Shown: in pieces, positions 1 through 13,269 of the stretch
Layout: each line of letters opens with the position of its first letter
Position numbering within the stretch: position 1 is the stretch's first letter
NCBI RefSeq assembly: GCF_006345805.1
Contig: NW_021837036.1
Location: forward strand, 1-64,000
Length of the DNA stretch: 64,000 bases
Source: Octopus sinensis
Lineage: Eukaryota
Direction: 5' to 3'
Made by a program: the position numbers and the translations under genes
The notes under the pieces: model-generated
Databases searched by the model: none
The model's input: only the letters and a program-made list of their open reading frames with translations
What the model was told of the DNA's origin: nothing

Positions 1-339
1 AAATCTAGCAGCCTGTCTTCCACAGTTCTGTTTAAAATCACTGCTGTTCCTCATTCACAGGACTCATCATTGCATTAAATATCTGCATCACCATTAAATA
101 ACATCAATGAGAATTTGAAACTGAGTAGCCGTTGCGGCCGGCTGGGATCATGCTTTTTTCTCCTTATAGCATTTGCTACCCACTTGCCTCTTTATATACT
201 TACACGTGTGTGCATGTATGTGCCAGTGTCTATGCTAACGTATACAAATATGTTCACACACACATATGCACATACTTATACGCATTCTTACCTATAAGCA
301 CATCATCTTTTTGTGTCCGTATTTATATACATATATATA

Positions 340-665
<326 letters not shown>

Positions 666-1432
666 AGAGACACACTCGCAGACAAACAAACATATACAGA
701 GACAAAACGAAACAAAATGCTGCCATTCAAACGTGTGTATCGGATCTTTCATACCAGAATTACATAAAAATAAAAAAAAATGAAAATAGAATAAATAAAA
801 ACAACGATTAAAAATTATTTTCCAAAACAATAAAATAACCAGCAAAAAAAAAACCCTTGAAGTTAGAGTTTGTGCGAGTAAAACATAAAAAAAAAACAAT
901 TCCTCGTCATCACAACGATCATCACCAGTCGATGTTTTCTGAGACAGAAACTTTCAGCGTCACTACACACGTGGATGCATCCTCCATTAAGCATCCGGGC
1001 ACTTTTTGACTGTTGCTTGTTTGCTTTTCTACGTCTCCTTTTTCCATTTTTTTTCTTTCATTCTATCACTTTAATGGCCAATCGGTACCAATAGATGCAT
1101 TTCGCTTTTAAACAATCTCTTTCAAATTCAATTACATACAGTATTTTTTTTATATTTATTCTACAGTTCGGCGTCATTTTCGTTTATACACACACACACA
1201 CACACACCACACACACACACACACACATATATATACATATATATATATATAATACATATATATATATAATATAATATATAAATATATGTATATATATATA
1301 TACATATATATATATAAATATATATATAAATATATGTTATTATTATTTTATTATTATTATATTATTATACTTTTATTATTATTATTAATTTTTTTATTAT
1401 TATTATTATTATTTTTATTTTTATTATTGTTA

Positions 1433-1487
<55 letters not shown>

Positions 1488-1519
1488 CACCATTATTATT
1501 GTTATTATTATTGTTTAGG

Positions 1520-1752
1520 ACGGTAGATAGGCAAAATCGTTAGAGCGTCGAGGAAAATGCTTTGCAGTATTTGTTCCGGTTCTTTATATTCAGTGTTCAA
1601 ATCCCGCCGATCTCGACACAGGAAGGCTTTTATCCTTGCTGTGTTGTTGATAAAATGATAAAAAGAAAAGAGCCAGCCAAGTACTGAGGTCGATATAATC
1701 GACTAACCCCCGCCCCTCAAATTTCTGACTTTGGGCCTATGTAAGGAATTAT
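1520..1752 (+). mobile_element. Degraded tRNA-headed SINE, family B (Meta-domain-like), after a (TTA)n array
   Basis: Diverged match to copies at 12753, 32708, 35900 (GTTCAAAT B-box, GTACTGAGGTCGATATAATCGAC). Confidence 0.7.
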
Positions 1753-2520
1753 CATTAATAAATAATCAATTTACTTATTTTCTGGTTGTATATTTATGCG
1801 CTTTTGTCTCTTTTTCTTTCTCTTCCTCCTTACGTGTGCGCATGCGCCCCTCTGCGTGCCTGTTGTCTACTTATTTTTCACTTGAATATTTGTTTCTCAG
1901 CATCTCGCATCACTTGTCTTCTCTAATTTATGGGAGTGAAGCGCACACACAAAAACATGTATGGTATGTTGCGTGTGTGTATGTATATATATATATATAT
2001 ATATATTATATATTATTATATATATAATATATATGCACATGCATACATGGATACATATATATGCGCGCACATACGCACACACACACATATACATAATGAA
2101 TTTCAGCGCCTAAATGGGGTGAAAAAAACGTGGCATATCAACAGAGTGAATCATCACCCCTTCGAACAAATATATTTGTGTGCATGTGTGCCCGGGCGCG
2201 CGTGTGTGTATGCGTACATATGAACATACATACGTGCCATATATGTACACATCTATAAACACATGCACACATACGCATGCACACACGCGCACGCGCATAT
2301 ACTACACTAACCAGTCTGCCTTATGCTTGCTTCTAGACTCAGATACAAACTGATTTATGAATTTAAATACCCGCTTCTTTCACCCTTCTTAACAATCTAT
2401 CCCTCCTAAAACAGCATCCTTCTCTCATCGTTTCTAATCCTTTACCTTCTTTTTATCTGCTTTGTAACAATATAGTAACTAGTTTGTCTTTCTCGTTCTC
2501 CCTTTGTTTTTTTCCTTCAT

Positions 2521-2560
2521 TTCTTCTGATGAAAGAATAACGTCCGAAACGTTACTGCAT
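2521..2560 (+). ncRNA. Degenerate minimal type I hammerhead-ribozyme-like motif
   Basis: CTGATGA (2526-2532), short stem II, GAAA (2546-2549), self-complementary ACGT; related copy at 21194-21228. Confidence 0.45.
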
Positions 2561-3021
2561 TAGTTTTCTCTAGTGAAGCATTAAACTAATTCCATATTTG
2601 TGAAATCTTGTTCTTCCTGTACTGTTGCACTTTACTTTTGTTGCACCTTACTTTATCCTATAGCCAATCCTTAAAATCCTCCCTACCTCACTCTGTCCAC
2701 CTCCCTTTCTGTTTATTTTCTTTACATTTACCAATTAGCAGCCACCTCTGCAACCATTCTGTTATTGAATGTTGATATGTCCGCGTCTTTTTCTTGGAAT
2801 GTCTACTATATAAGAACTTCAACCCACATGGATATTCGCAGGATTTCACCTAAGGACTCATGCTCTGGTGTCTAGAACTTCAAAAAGTTGAACTATGAAC
2901 TTTTATGCTTCTTTTTTTCTTCTCTCTTTCCATCTCCTTATTCTTTTATTCCCTTCCTCTATGTTGTTATCTTATTGATATATACCATTCTCATTTTTCC
3001 ATATTTTTTCCTCCCAATTTG

Positions 3022-3075
3022 TCTCTGATGGCGGAATATCCCATACTCGGTGATATACCAGAAACATCTGTAAGA
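3022..3075 (+). ncRNA. Type I hammerhead-ribozyme-like motif with long stem II
   Basis: TCT-CTGATGG, hairpin GG-A-ATATC-CC/GG-T-GATAT-A-CC, GAAA-CATCTGT-A-AGA; partial sister copy TCTCCGATGACGGAATATCCCA at 27506. Confidence 0.5.
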
Positions 3076-3239
3076 GTTTGAAATTTTTCCTGTGATAATA
3101 TTGTATATGACTTGAGAGGTTTGCCTTGCCTTAATGTTTAACGTCCTGTTTAACACTCATACATACATACATACATACATACATACATACATACATACAC
3201 ACATACATACATACATACATACATACATACATACATACA

Positions 3240-3271
<32 letters not shown>

Positions 3272-3272
<1 letters not shown>

Positions 3273-4555
3273 CGGGTTGGCAACTAAGTTCCCGCCGATA
3301 TTTTAAATTAAAATTTTTTAAAAGGTTTAATAAAAAATAACAACTAATGTATTCACCCTTGTTGTTTACAACTTCTTCCCAACGTTCAACAAGATTTTCA
3401 ATACCTCGTTGGTAGAAATCACCCGATTTCGACTCGAAAAATTGATCCAACCAAGCTCTCAATTCTGCATCACTATTGAACGACACTCCGAGTTTAGCAT
3501 TTGAAAGAGATCGAACGAGGTGTAAATCCTTTGGTGCCAAATCAGGAGAGAACAGCGGGTGTGGCAGCACTTCCCAGCCATACCTTTGAATGGCTTCCTT
3601 GCACATTTTGGCTATGTGAGGGCGGGCGTTGTCATGCATCAGAAGAACTCCATGCTGCCGATTAGGTCTTTTCTCTTGAATAGCCGAGTTGAGTCGTTCC
3701 AACTGTTGAACACAGAGTTCTGCGTTGACCGTTTGGTTCCATTCAAGCAATTTGTAAAGGATAATCCCTTCCGAGTCTCACCATACACACAACATCGTTT
3801 TACACGGATGAAGATCTTGTTTCGCGCGCGGTGTCGCTTCTTTACCGGGGTTAAGCAATTCCTTACGCTGCTTCATATTGATGTACAGGCACCATTCTTT
3901 GTTGCCAGTAAGGATTCGGCAAAGAAATCGTTGCTTGTACCCATGAGTTGAGCGGTGCCGAGCAAGCAAACCAACGGAGATTGTGGATCGCTGATTTTTG
4001 TTGTTGTCACTAAAAGCATGCGAAAACCCATGCTCCACACCTCTGAACCTTTCCCTACGGATGAAGATGCTTCTCTATAGCAGTGTGAAACATTACATTT
4101 TCTCTACCAGTTTCCTTGTCGTTTGACGAGAATTTTCGTGCAAAAGTTGGTTTAATCGCTCTTCATCGAACTCAACTGGATGGCCAGAACCAGGTGCGTC
4201 TTTGATGTCAAAATTTCCATTTTTGAACTTGGCATACCAATCACGATCGGTTCTTTCAGCTATGGCACCCTCTTCATACACAGCACAAATGTTGTGAGCA
4301 GCTTTTGCGGCATTAGAGCCTTGATTAAAAGCAAAAAGAAGGATTTGTCGAAAATACTCGTTTTTCTTAACTTCACATTCCATTTTAATGAACTAAAATT
4401 TTAACTAAAATTAACTAGAAAAAAAAAGATTCCAAAATGATTCAGAAATAGAATCCTCGGAAAAAAAAAAAGAAAAAAGATTCCAAAATTTAAAAACGCA
4501 ATGAATTCCGAATTCAAAAAAAAAAAAAATACCGAGAACTTAGTTGTCAACCCAA
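3272..4555 (-). mobile_element. Full-length but decayed mariner transposon (DD34D, mellifera-subfamily-like)
   Basis: TIRs TCGGGTTGGCAACTAAGTTC and TTGGGTTGACAACTAAGTTC, TA on both flanks, 1284 bp; transposase in pieces (4093-4383 HTH, 3778-4038, 3157-3750 with HDNARPH...FSPDLAPKD, 34 residues between the Asps). Confidence 0.95.
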
Positions 4556-4626
4556 TATAATGTATATTATGCTCAATATATATATATATAATATATATAT
4601 ATATAATATATATATATAATATATAT

Positions 4627-5023
4627 ACTAGCAATATCGCCCAGCGTTGCTCGGGTTTGTAAGGGAAATAACTATATAAGCATTTTTAGAGAGTTATAGC
4701 CAAAAATTAGCAAAAAAAATGCATAAAAAATGGAAAAAAAATTATGGTAAATTCTTTTTTAAATCGTTGACTCATCGTAGACATTTTTAGAGAGTTACTT
4801 CCCTTATATAATATCGAAAAAATCCATTAAAATGGAAAAAAATGATGGTAAATTTTTTTTTAAATCGTAGACTCATCGTAGACGCGCGCTAATACCCAGA
4901 AGGGCTCGATATGAATCACGACTATAAGATACCCGGTTTTGGTTACACTGCACCGCAAAATGTGGGAGTAGTTAGGAATCAAAATCGGAGGAGACAGACA
5001 CACAACTTGACTTTTATATATAA

Positions 5024-5027
<4 letters not shown>
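4627..5027 (+). mobile_element. Non-autonomous Helitron/Helentron-type element (DINE-1/Lep1-like architecture)
   Basis: Starts ACTAGC, subterminal hairpin CCCAGCGTTGCTCGGG (4640-4655), internal ~120-bp tandem duplication, ends GACAGACA...CTTTTATATATAAAGAT, sits in TA-rich DNA. Confidence 0.65.
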
Positions 5028-5069
<42 letters not shown>

Positions 5070-6002
5070 ATATATATATATATATTCTACATATCTACAC
5101 TGACGTTGTTCTGTGATACAAACTACTTCAATTCACGTTGTTCTGCGATCACTTCTGCACCTGACACGTGGTACACACTGTGCACCTGTTCGGATGGCGT
5201 CGACTCGGTGGAGAGAGAGTGAACTATAATGTGCGGCACGAACGTTTGATCACTATAAGCAAATCATTTGTGCCGGTCTTTCGGCAAAGGCTGAATGCTC
5301 ATTCGTCACCTTCGACGAGAGAGTCCATCACACACACACATATATGTCTGTACGTATGTAAGCATGTATGCGCATATGTACACATACATATGTAGAGTTA
5401 GACAGATAGATAGACAGACAGACAGACATATATTGAGGCATTTCTGCAAAAAATTTAATGAAGAAGAGTTTCGGGATCTTTTCACTTTGACCGGCAGATT
5501 TTTAAAATAATTTCTTTGTAACTAAACACTTTTAAACTTTGTATACTGGTAGAATGTGTTACATAAAACCTCTTCTTCTCTTGGCTTTCTTGAGAAAATT
5601 CTGTAGTTTGTAAGCTATTTGTTGTTTAATTTGTTGCATTTTGGCAATTTCAACCAATCAATGACGTCTATTGAGGTGAATACAATTTCTGCCGTATTTT
5701 GTCAACAACATTTTCTGGCGGTGTCAGTTTCGGAACATTAGCCTCATACTCTCGTTTAGGCTCGTATTGACTAATCTAGAGGCAAAGCCAATCAATACAG
5801 GTGAATGCAGGTGTAGATACAGTATATAACCAGTGGTCATTTCTATACTATTTCATCATGTTCTTAGAACTCCACGATGTATCCTGGAATCGTCTTATTT
5901 TGCCGTTTAAAACATTCTTTGTTTCCTCCTGTTGATAGGTCAGAATGAATAGGTCCTGGGGGTCTGAGACTCAAAGACAATCATTAACTTGTTGAATCTA
6001 TT

Positions 6003-6372
6003 TGTGTGGTGAGAAGTTTTCTTCCCAAACACGTGGTTCTGAATGCAGCCCTGTGAGGCACCTCGACGAGTATCTTCTGCTATTATAACCCTGGAGCAAC
6101 CAAAGCCTTATGAGTAGATGTAGTAGACAGAAAGTGAAAGACGTCTGGCGTATATTTCTGTGGGGGGGGGTATTTGTTTTTGTCGTCCACCGCCGCTTGA
6201 TAACTGGTGTTGGTTAGTTCGCGTTTCCGTAACGTAGCGTTTCGACAAAAAGAATCGATGGAACAAGTACCTGTGTAAAAAAAAAGCCATAAGTGCTGTG
6301 GGTGATCCATTCGACTGAATTCTTTCAAGGTGTTGCCTCAACATGGCTGCAGTCCAGTGACTGAAATAAGTT
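6003..6372 (+). mobile_element. Old diverged copy of SINE family A
   Basis: Collinear with 9598-10080; keeps terminal CAGTC-CAGT-GACTG hairpin. Confidence 0.7.
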
Positions 6373-7569
6373 ACGTACACTAGGGTTTCTTGGAGTCTTA
6401 GATGACAAGTGGGCACTTGGCGGAGATGAAAGGTTTCCGGGAAATACAAGAGCTTCCGCCAGTTATGCTACGCCTCCTTGAACACACCAAACACAACAAC
6501 CAGAACAAGAACTCTTTATTAACTAGCATTCACATTAAGTTCGCATTTTCTCCAATACACATCGACTTTCAAAGGATCGACTTTATGAGGTGAAACAATA
6601 GAAACTGCAAAGACTACGTTGAGACAAACGAATTGACAAGCAATGAAACAAGACTTAAACAAAGAGAGATCGCTGGAAAAATGGAAATATCGTTTTTATT
6701 CCTCGTCAAGTAATTATTTTTAATTAGTTCTTTAGTGCCGCAGAAATGAAGGAAGAAAGAAAGGAAGGAACTGATGGCAGCGACGGCGGCGACGGGGATC
6801 ATAGGAATGAAACAAATAAGAATAACTGATGAAATGGGAGCGAAAGCAACAAGTAATTAAAAGATGGAGAGACTGAAACGATGTAAGAAGGAGAGAGCTC
6901 GTAAAGGGAGATAATAAAATAAGAAAGAAAGAGATAGAAAACGCGTATAAGACGTGAAGGTTTGCAAGATAGAAAAATAAAACGGAAAAAAGTTGAAAAG
7001 ACCAACAAGAGCAAAACAAAAATATGTGCGTACGTGGACATATATTTATAAATTGTGTGTATGTATATGTGTGTATGTGTGTGTGTGTGTAGGTGTGTGT
7101 ATGTGTATGTATGTGTGGGTATATGCGTGTGTATATGTGTATGTATGTATGTGTATATGTGTGTGTATGTGTGTGTATGTGTGTGTATGTGTGTATATGT
7201 GTGTGTGTATATGTATGTATATGTGTGTGTATGTGTGTGTATATGTGTGTGTATATGTGTGTATGTGTGTGTGTATGTGTGTATGTATATGAGTGTATGT
7301 GTGTGTGTATGTATGTGTTTTTTAAAAGTCACGTACTTATTTTATCGGTCTCTTTACCGATTGGCTACCGTATGAGTACGTGCACAGACGGTTGTCGAGT
7401 GGTTAGAGTGAAGCACAAACAAAAGACACACAGACACACACGACGGGTTTTCACCTTGTTCCGTCCAACAAACTTCTTTCCTAACCACAGAACCATGCGT
7501 GTGTGTGTATGTATGTTTGTATATGCACGTGGGTATATGTCTGTATATATACAGACATATATATATATA

Positions 7570-8170
7570 TACAAAATGGGACAAGAACGCAAAACATTCA
7601 AATAGACGATACAAAAAACACGGACGGGTCATTCGAAGCCTCTAATCTTCAGTCAAGAACCGGATCATCCTCGCAATTTCGGCTGATTAATCTTGAGATT
7701 GCTCCAATCTGGCCAGCCCCAAGGAGAAACTAAGCTACGGGCATTAGATTTCTTGGAAAAAGGATCGAATGTATACGAAACAAGGACAGAAAAACGGACG
7801 ATGTTACACGAATATAAATACAAAAAAAAACAAAGCAAAAAATAATACGAATATAAATACAAAAACAATAATAATAATAAATATATATATATATTTACAG
7901 GAAACAAAAGACGAAGAGAGGTGAGCGCGAACAACAAGCAGGTGTATTTGTTTGACGCTCGGAAAGAATGGAAAAGTCTTCGACGTTTAGAGCTGACGCT
8001 CTTCAGCAGAAAGGGTAGAGAAAAAAATAGAATGGAGCCTGAAGGAAATAACGGAGAGAAAACAATGTCCTGGGATTAGCTGTTTAAGATGATGAAATGA
8101 CAGGGAGAAAGAGGCTGAGTGAAGAGGAGATGATAATGGTGACCCCGGCTGCTGAACTAAGGTGCACAAG
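7570..8170 (-). mobile_element. Interspersed repeat carrying a degenerate hammerhead-like motif (Penelope terminal-repeat-like)
   Basis: Reverse complement of 7978-8013 reads CTTT-CTGCTGA-A-GAGC-GTCA-GCTC-TAAA-CGT-C-GAAG, followed by CCGAGCGTCAAA as in the 14812 copy; boundaries uncertain. Confidence 0.45.
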
Positions 8171-8370
8171 CATTTGTCTGTATGTAAGAATGACGTGTGT
8201 GTGTGTGTGTGCAGAGGGGACGGATATACCACAAAAAAGGAGTAAGTGAAAATGTACGAAAGCTGTGGAATAGGAATGAAATAGGTTCGAATAAATGTGA
8301 ACAGGAATAAAGGAATGAAAGTAAATGGAATAACAACAAAACTATAACCATTAACAAACTTATGACAAGT

Positions 8371-8418
<48 letters not shown>

Positions 8419-8619
8419 AACTACTACTACTACTACTACTACTACTATACTACTACTACAACTACTACTACTACTACTACTACTACTACAACTACTACTA
8501 CTACTACAACTACTACTACTACTACTACTACTACAACTACTACTACTACTACTACTACAGCTACTAATACTACTACTACTACTACAACTACTAATATTAC
8601 TACTACTACTACAACAACA

Positions 8620-8650
<31 letters not shown>

Positions 8651-8673
8651 ATACTACTACAACTACTACTACA

Positions 8674-8710
<37 letters not shown>
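8371..8710. repeat. (TAC)n/(AAC)n trinucleotide array
   Basis: Direct observation. Confidence 0.95.
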
Positions 8711-9110
8711 GCCATTGAACGAGACCAGCACACTCAGCTTGTGAAAAATAGTCAGATCTTCGTGAAATTTCGCTCTGCTGTCTTAAGTTAGTTTGAGATA
8801 TTTAAATATAGGAAAGTCATAACCTTAATCATATGTCTGCCTGGAACAAGGCCGGGATAGAGCTAAGCAATAAGAGCAGCAACTAATACTAATACTAACA
8901 CGAACACTAATGATTAAGGGTGACTGACACAGAATGGAGTGAGAAGAAATGAAAGCCAACAACCGACTTTACATTTGTGTATGCGTGTGTATCTCTTTCC
9001 CCAATACTCTTTTACTCTTTCACTTGTTTCAGTCATTTGACTGTGTCCATGCTGGAGCACCGCCTTTAGTCGAGCAAATCGACCCCCAGGACTTATTCTT
9101 CGTAAGCCTA

Positions 9111-9292
<182 letters not shown>

Positions 9293-9597
9293 CGATTGAT
9301 TGATTGATAGTCTATCTTTACATTCTGAGTTCAAATTCTGCCAAGGTCGTCTTTGCCTTTCATCCTTTCGGGGTCGATAAATTAAGTACCAGTTGCATAC
9401 TGCAGTCAATCTAATCGACAGGCCCCTTCCTCAATAATTCCTGGCCTTGTGCTTAGAGTAGAATAGGATATCATTTACTATCAAAGCTAGCAAGGGCACA
9501 GGATAATCTAATCCTTTAGTGGGGATGGTCATGACTAGAACAACTTTTGATTGGGGCTGACATAAATCTAAATGACATTACAACAAACTCATCAATA

Positions 9598-10080
<483 letters not shown>

Positions 10081-10469
10081 ATAATAATAATAAAACCCAT
10101 GGAAAATGATGCTGAATCAGTAAGGGAGAAGTCTGCGATGAAGATGCTGATGATGACGATGGCGATGAAGGCGAGGAAGGCGACAACGAACATGATGACG
10201 AAGACGACGATGGAGAGGATGCTGATTATGATGGCGGCGACGGTGACAACGAAGACAACAAGACAACGGTGACGAAGATGCTGACGATGAGGGTGGCGGC
10301 GTCGACAGAACCGATGTGTGATCAAGCACCATAGAATTGCTGCTGTTGTTACTACTGCTGCTGTTTGTTCTGTTGTTGCTGCTGCTGCTGCTGTTGCACC
10401 AGTCTATTTCTCCGCGATCGTACCGTAGTTGAAAGTTACACGTCATCAATAAGAAATAATGTGATCACC

Positions 10470-10770
10470 TTAAAACAGTCCCCCTCCCCTTAATCGACGT
10501 CTGAAGTTCAGCTTCACCACCAGCGCCGCCACCTCGTCACCAAATATGGTGGTAGGGGCGAGAGAGGGAGTAAGGGAGTGAAGGAGAGTCAACATAAAAT
10601 TGCGATCAAACATGGCGGCCGTTTGTTCTGCTCTGCGGCGTCGCACATTGCTCGCCTCGGTTGCTTTGCTGTGTAACGTCTAACGTCTCACCACTCGCTC
10701 GCTGATCGGTCTCGTGAGAACTGCGAACGATGACTGACGAACATTCGCCTGTCTGGTGGATCTGGTGGTA
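10470..10770. promoter_or_regulatory. Candidate CpG-rich promoter/first exon
   Basis: Non-repetitive and CpG-rich; YY1-type CAAACATGGCGGCC (10607-10620); TCTCGTGAGA palindrome (10710-10719). Confidence 0.4.
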
Positions 10771-11541
10771 GGAGTGGCTGAGAAGGGAGAGAGAGAGAGA
10801 AGGGTGGAGGGGTAGTGCGGGATAGGAATAGAAAAAGGAGATGGAGATGGAGATGAGGATGAAGAGATATAAAACGGATCTGATGGTGGGAGTGGCTGAA
10901 AAGAGAGAGAGAGAGAGAGAGATTATGGAGGAAGAGTAAGTGAAAAGATGGAGTGAGATTTTAAAACAGATTTACAGATAGAGAATAGAGTTGACAGAGT
11001 TTGGAAAACGACAAAGAATTGGCTGATAGAGAGAAAGACATCGTATGAGGGAGTAAGAGAGAGAGAGAGTGATCGTCAGTGAGAGAGAGAGAGAGAAAGA
11101 ATGAATGTGAGTTAGGTATGAAGTTGGCAAGGTATGTGAGAAGGAAGACAATGATATAATGAAATAAATGTATAAAATGTGGTTGAGGGAGAGAGGGGGA
11201 GAGAAATTGGGAAGGGAGGGACGGGGGGGGATACAGACAAATTGAGATTTAATGATGGAAGAACAGAAAAGGAAGGATTGTGATGTTGAGGAGAGCAGGG
11301 AGAGAGAGAGAGAGAGAGAGGAAGAATGATGCGGGGATTAAGAGAGAAAGGAGGGAGGGAGAGGGGGAGGGAAAGCGGCGGCGGCGGCATGCAAATACAG
11401 AAGCATTCAGAGGCAGAAAATGATACTGAGAAATGGAGATGTAAGTGTCGCGAGATCGAAACCGAGGTGGAGACAAAGATATAAAAAATAGCACTCTCGT
11501 TCACACGGACACACAGACACACACATATACATATACATAAA

Positions 11542-11946
11542 TTACTTGTTTCAGTCATTTGACTGCGGCCATGCTGGAGCAACGCCTTTTAGTCGATCAA
11601 ATCGACTCCAGGACTTATTCTTTGGAAGCCTAGTACTTATTCTATCGGTCACTTTTGCCGAACCGCTAAGTTACAGGGACTTAAACACACCAGCATCGGT
11701 TGTCAAGCGATGTTGGGGAGGACAAACACAGACACACAAGCATATACACACACATACACACACACATATATACATATATATACATATATACGACAGGCTT
11801 CTTTCAGTTTCCGTCTACCAAATCCACTCACAAGGCTTTGGTCGGCCCGAGGCTATAGTAGAAGATACTTGCCCAAGGTGCCACACTGGGATGAACCCAG
11901 AACCATGTGGCTGGTAAGCAAGCTACTTACTACACACCCACTCCTG
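11542..11946 (-). mobile_element. SINE family A copy
   Basis: Reverse complement of 9598-10080. Confidence 0.9.
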
Positions 11947-12004
11947 TACCTATGTATGTTTCTATGTATGTATGTATGTATGTATGTTATAACATATTTT
12001 ATGC

Positions 12005-12185
12005 TAGAAATAGCAGCCAAAATCAATCAGTTCACACCCAAACCTTTGAAAGGAAATGAAGTAAAGATCATGTCCTGCAGTGTATAGCCCGATACGTAAA
12101 ATGATGGGTCACTCGTGGCTGGAGATCTACGATCATAAATCCGCTGGATCAAAAATGACCCGGGGTTAAACAGCAATAATAAAAA
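12005..12185 (+). mobile_element. Degraded short repeat with (CAA)n-type tail; better copy at 21985-22178
   Basis: Shared ATGCTAGAAA.AG.AGC start and GGG.TAAACA(A/G)CAA end at 12001 and 21985; reverse pieces near 12615 and 50730. Confidence 0.45.
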
Positions 12186-12407
12186 TAAGAATCCTCCTAA
12201 ATGAAGGTAGAAGGGTGAGTGCGTGCGTTCGCGCGCGTGTGTGTGTGCGTGTGTATGTGTTTGTGTCTGTGCGTGTGTTGGTGCTTGGGTATGTGTATGT
12301 GTTGGTGTATTCGTTTCTCTCTGTGTGTATGTGTGTGTGTGTGCGTGTGTTTGTGAGCGTGTGTGGATGCTTGTATATATATGTGTGTTCGTTTATTCGT
12401 TTCTGTG

Positions 12408-12441
<34 letters not shown>

Positions 12442-12752
12442 GCGTGTGTGTGTGTATATGTGTCTGTGGGCGTGTGTGGGAGCTTGTGTATATGTGTATG
12501 TGTTCGTGCATTCGTTTCTCTTTGTATGTGTGTGTGTGTGAAAGAGAAATTATTTCGTGACAAGAGGAAAAGAGAAGGCTAAGGCGAAGAGGGAAGGTAA
12601 GAGAAATGTTACTATTGTTGCCATGGAGCCCAAGATCAATCTTGTCTGAGCGGATCTATGATCAAAAAGCGTTCTAGCCATGATCATCGCGTCTTACTTC
12701 CAGACTAGCGTTCCCCATTCTGCATCATACACATACGTCTGTTTTCTGACAG

Positions 12753-13160
12753 ATGGCGAGCTGGCAGAAACGTTAGCACGCCGGGCGAAATGCGTAGCGG
12801 TATTTCGTCTCTCTTTACATTCTGAGTTCAAATTCCGCCGAGGTCGACTTTGCCTTTCATCCTTTCGGGGTCGATAAATTAAGTACCAGCTACGCACTGG
12901 GGTCGATGTAATCGACTTCATTCGTTTGTCTGTCCTTGTTTGTCCCTTCTGTGTTTAGCCCCTTGTGGGTAGTAAAGAAATAGATATGTTGTCTGCCGTT
13001 ACGTTCTGAGTTCAAATTCCGCCGAGGTCGACTTTGCCTTTCATCCTTTCGGGGTCGATAAATTAAGTACCAGTTACGCACTGGGGTTGATATAATCGAC
13101 TTAATCCGTTTGTCTGTCCTTGTTTGTCCTATTTGTGTTTAGCCCCTTGTGGGCAATAAT
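12753..13160 (+). mobile_element. SINE family B, dimeric form
   Basis: GGCGAGCTGGCAGAAACGTTAGC head, AGTTCAAATTCC B-box, body GGTCGACTTTGCCTTTCATCCTTTCGGGGTCGATAAATTAAGTACCAG present twice. Confidence 0.9.
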
Positions 13161-13269
13161 GAAACATATTTTCTGGTAGATGCATTGCTGCTATTTCTAG
13201 CAGCGCGAATAGTCACATAGATGCTCCTTGGCTTTTGTTGACTGATATAAAAGAGTTAATTTTATAACA

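Noticed and set aside
900-1060. Unique GC-richer patch with a 41-aa minus-strand ORF (MEKGDVEK...)
   Set aside because: No convincing splice sites or motif
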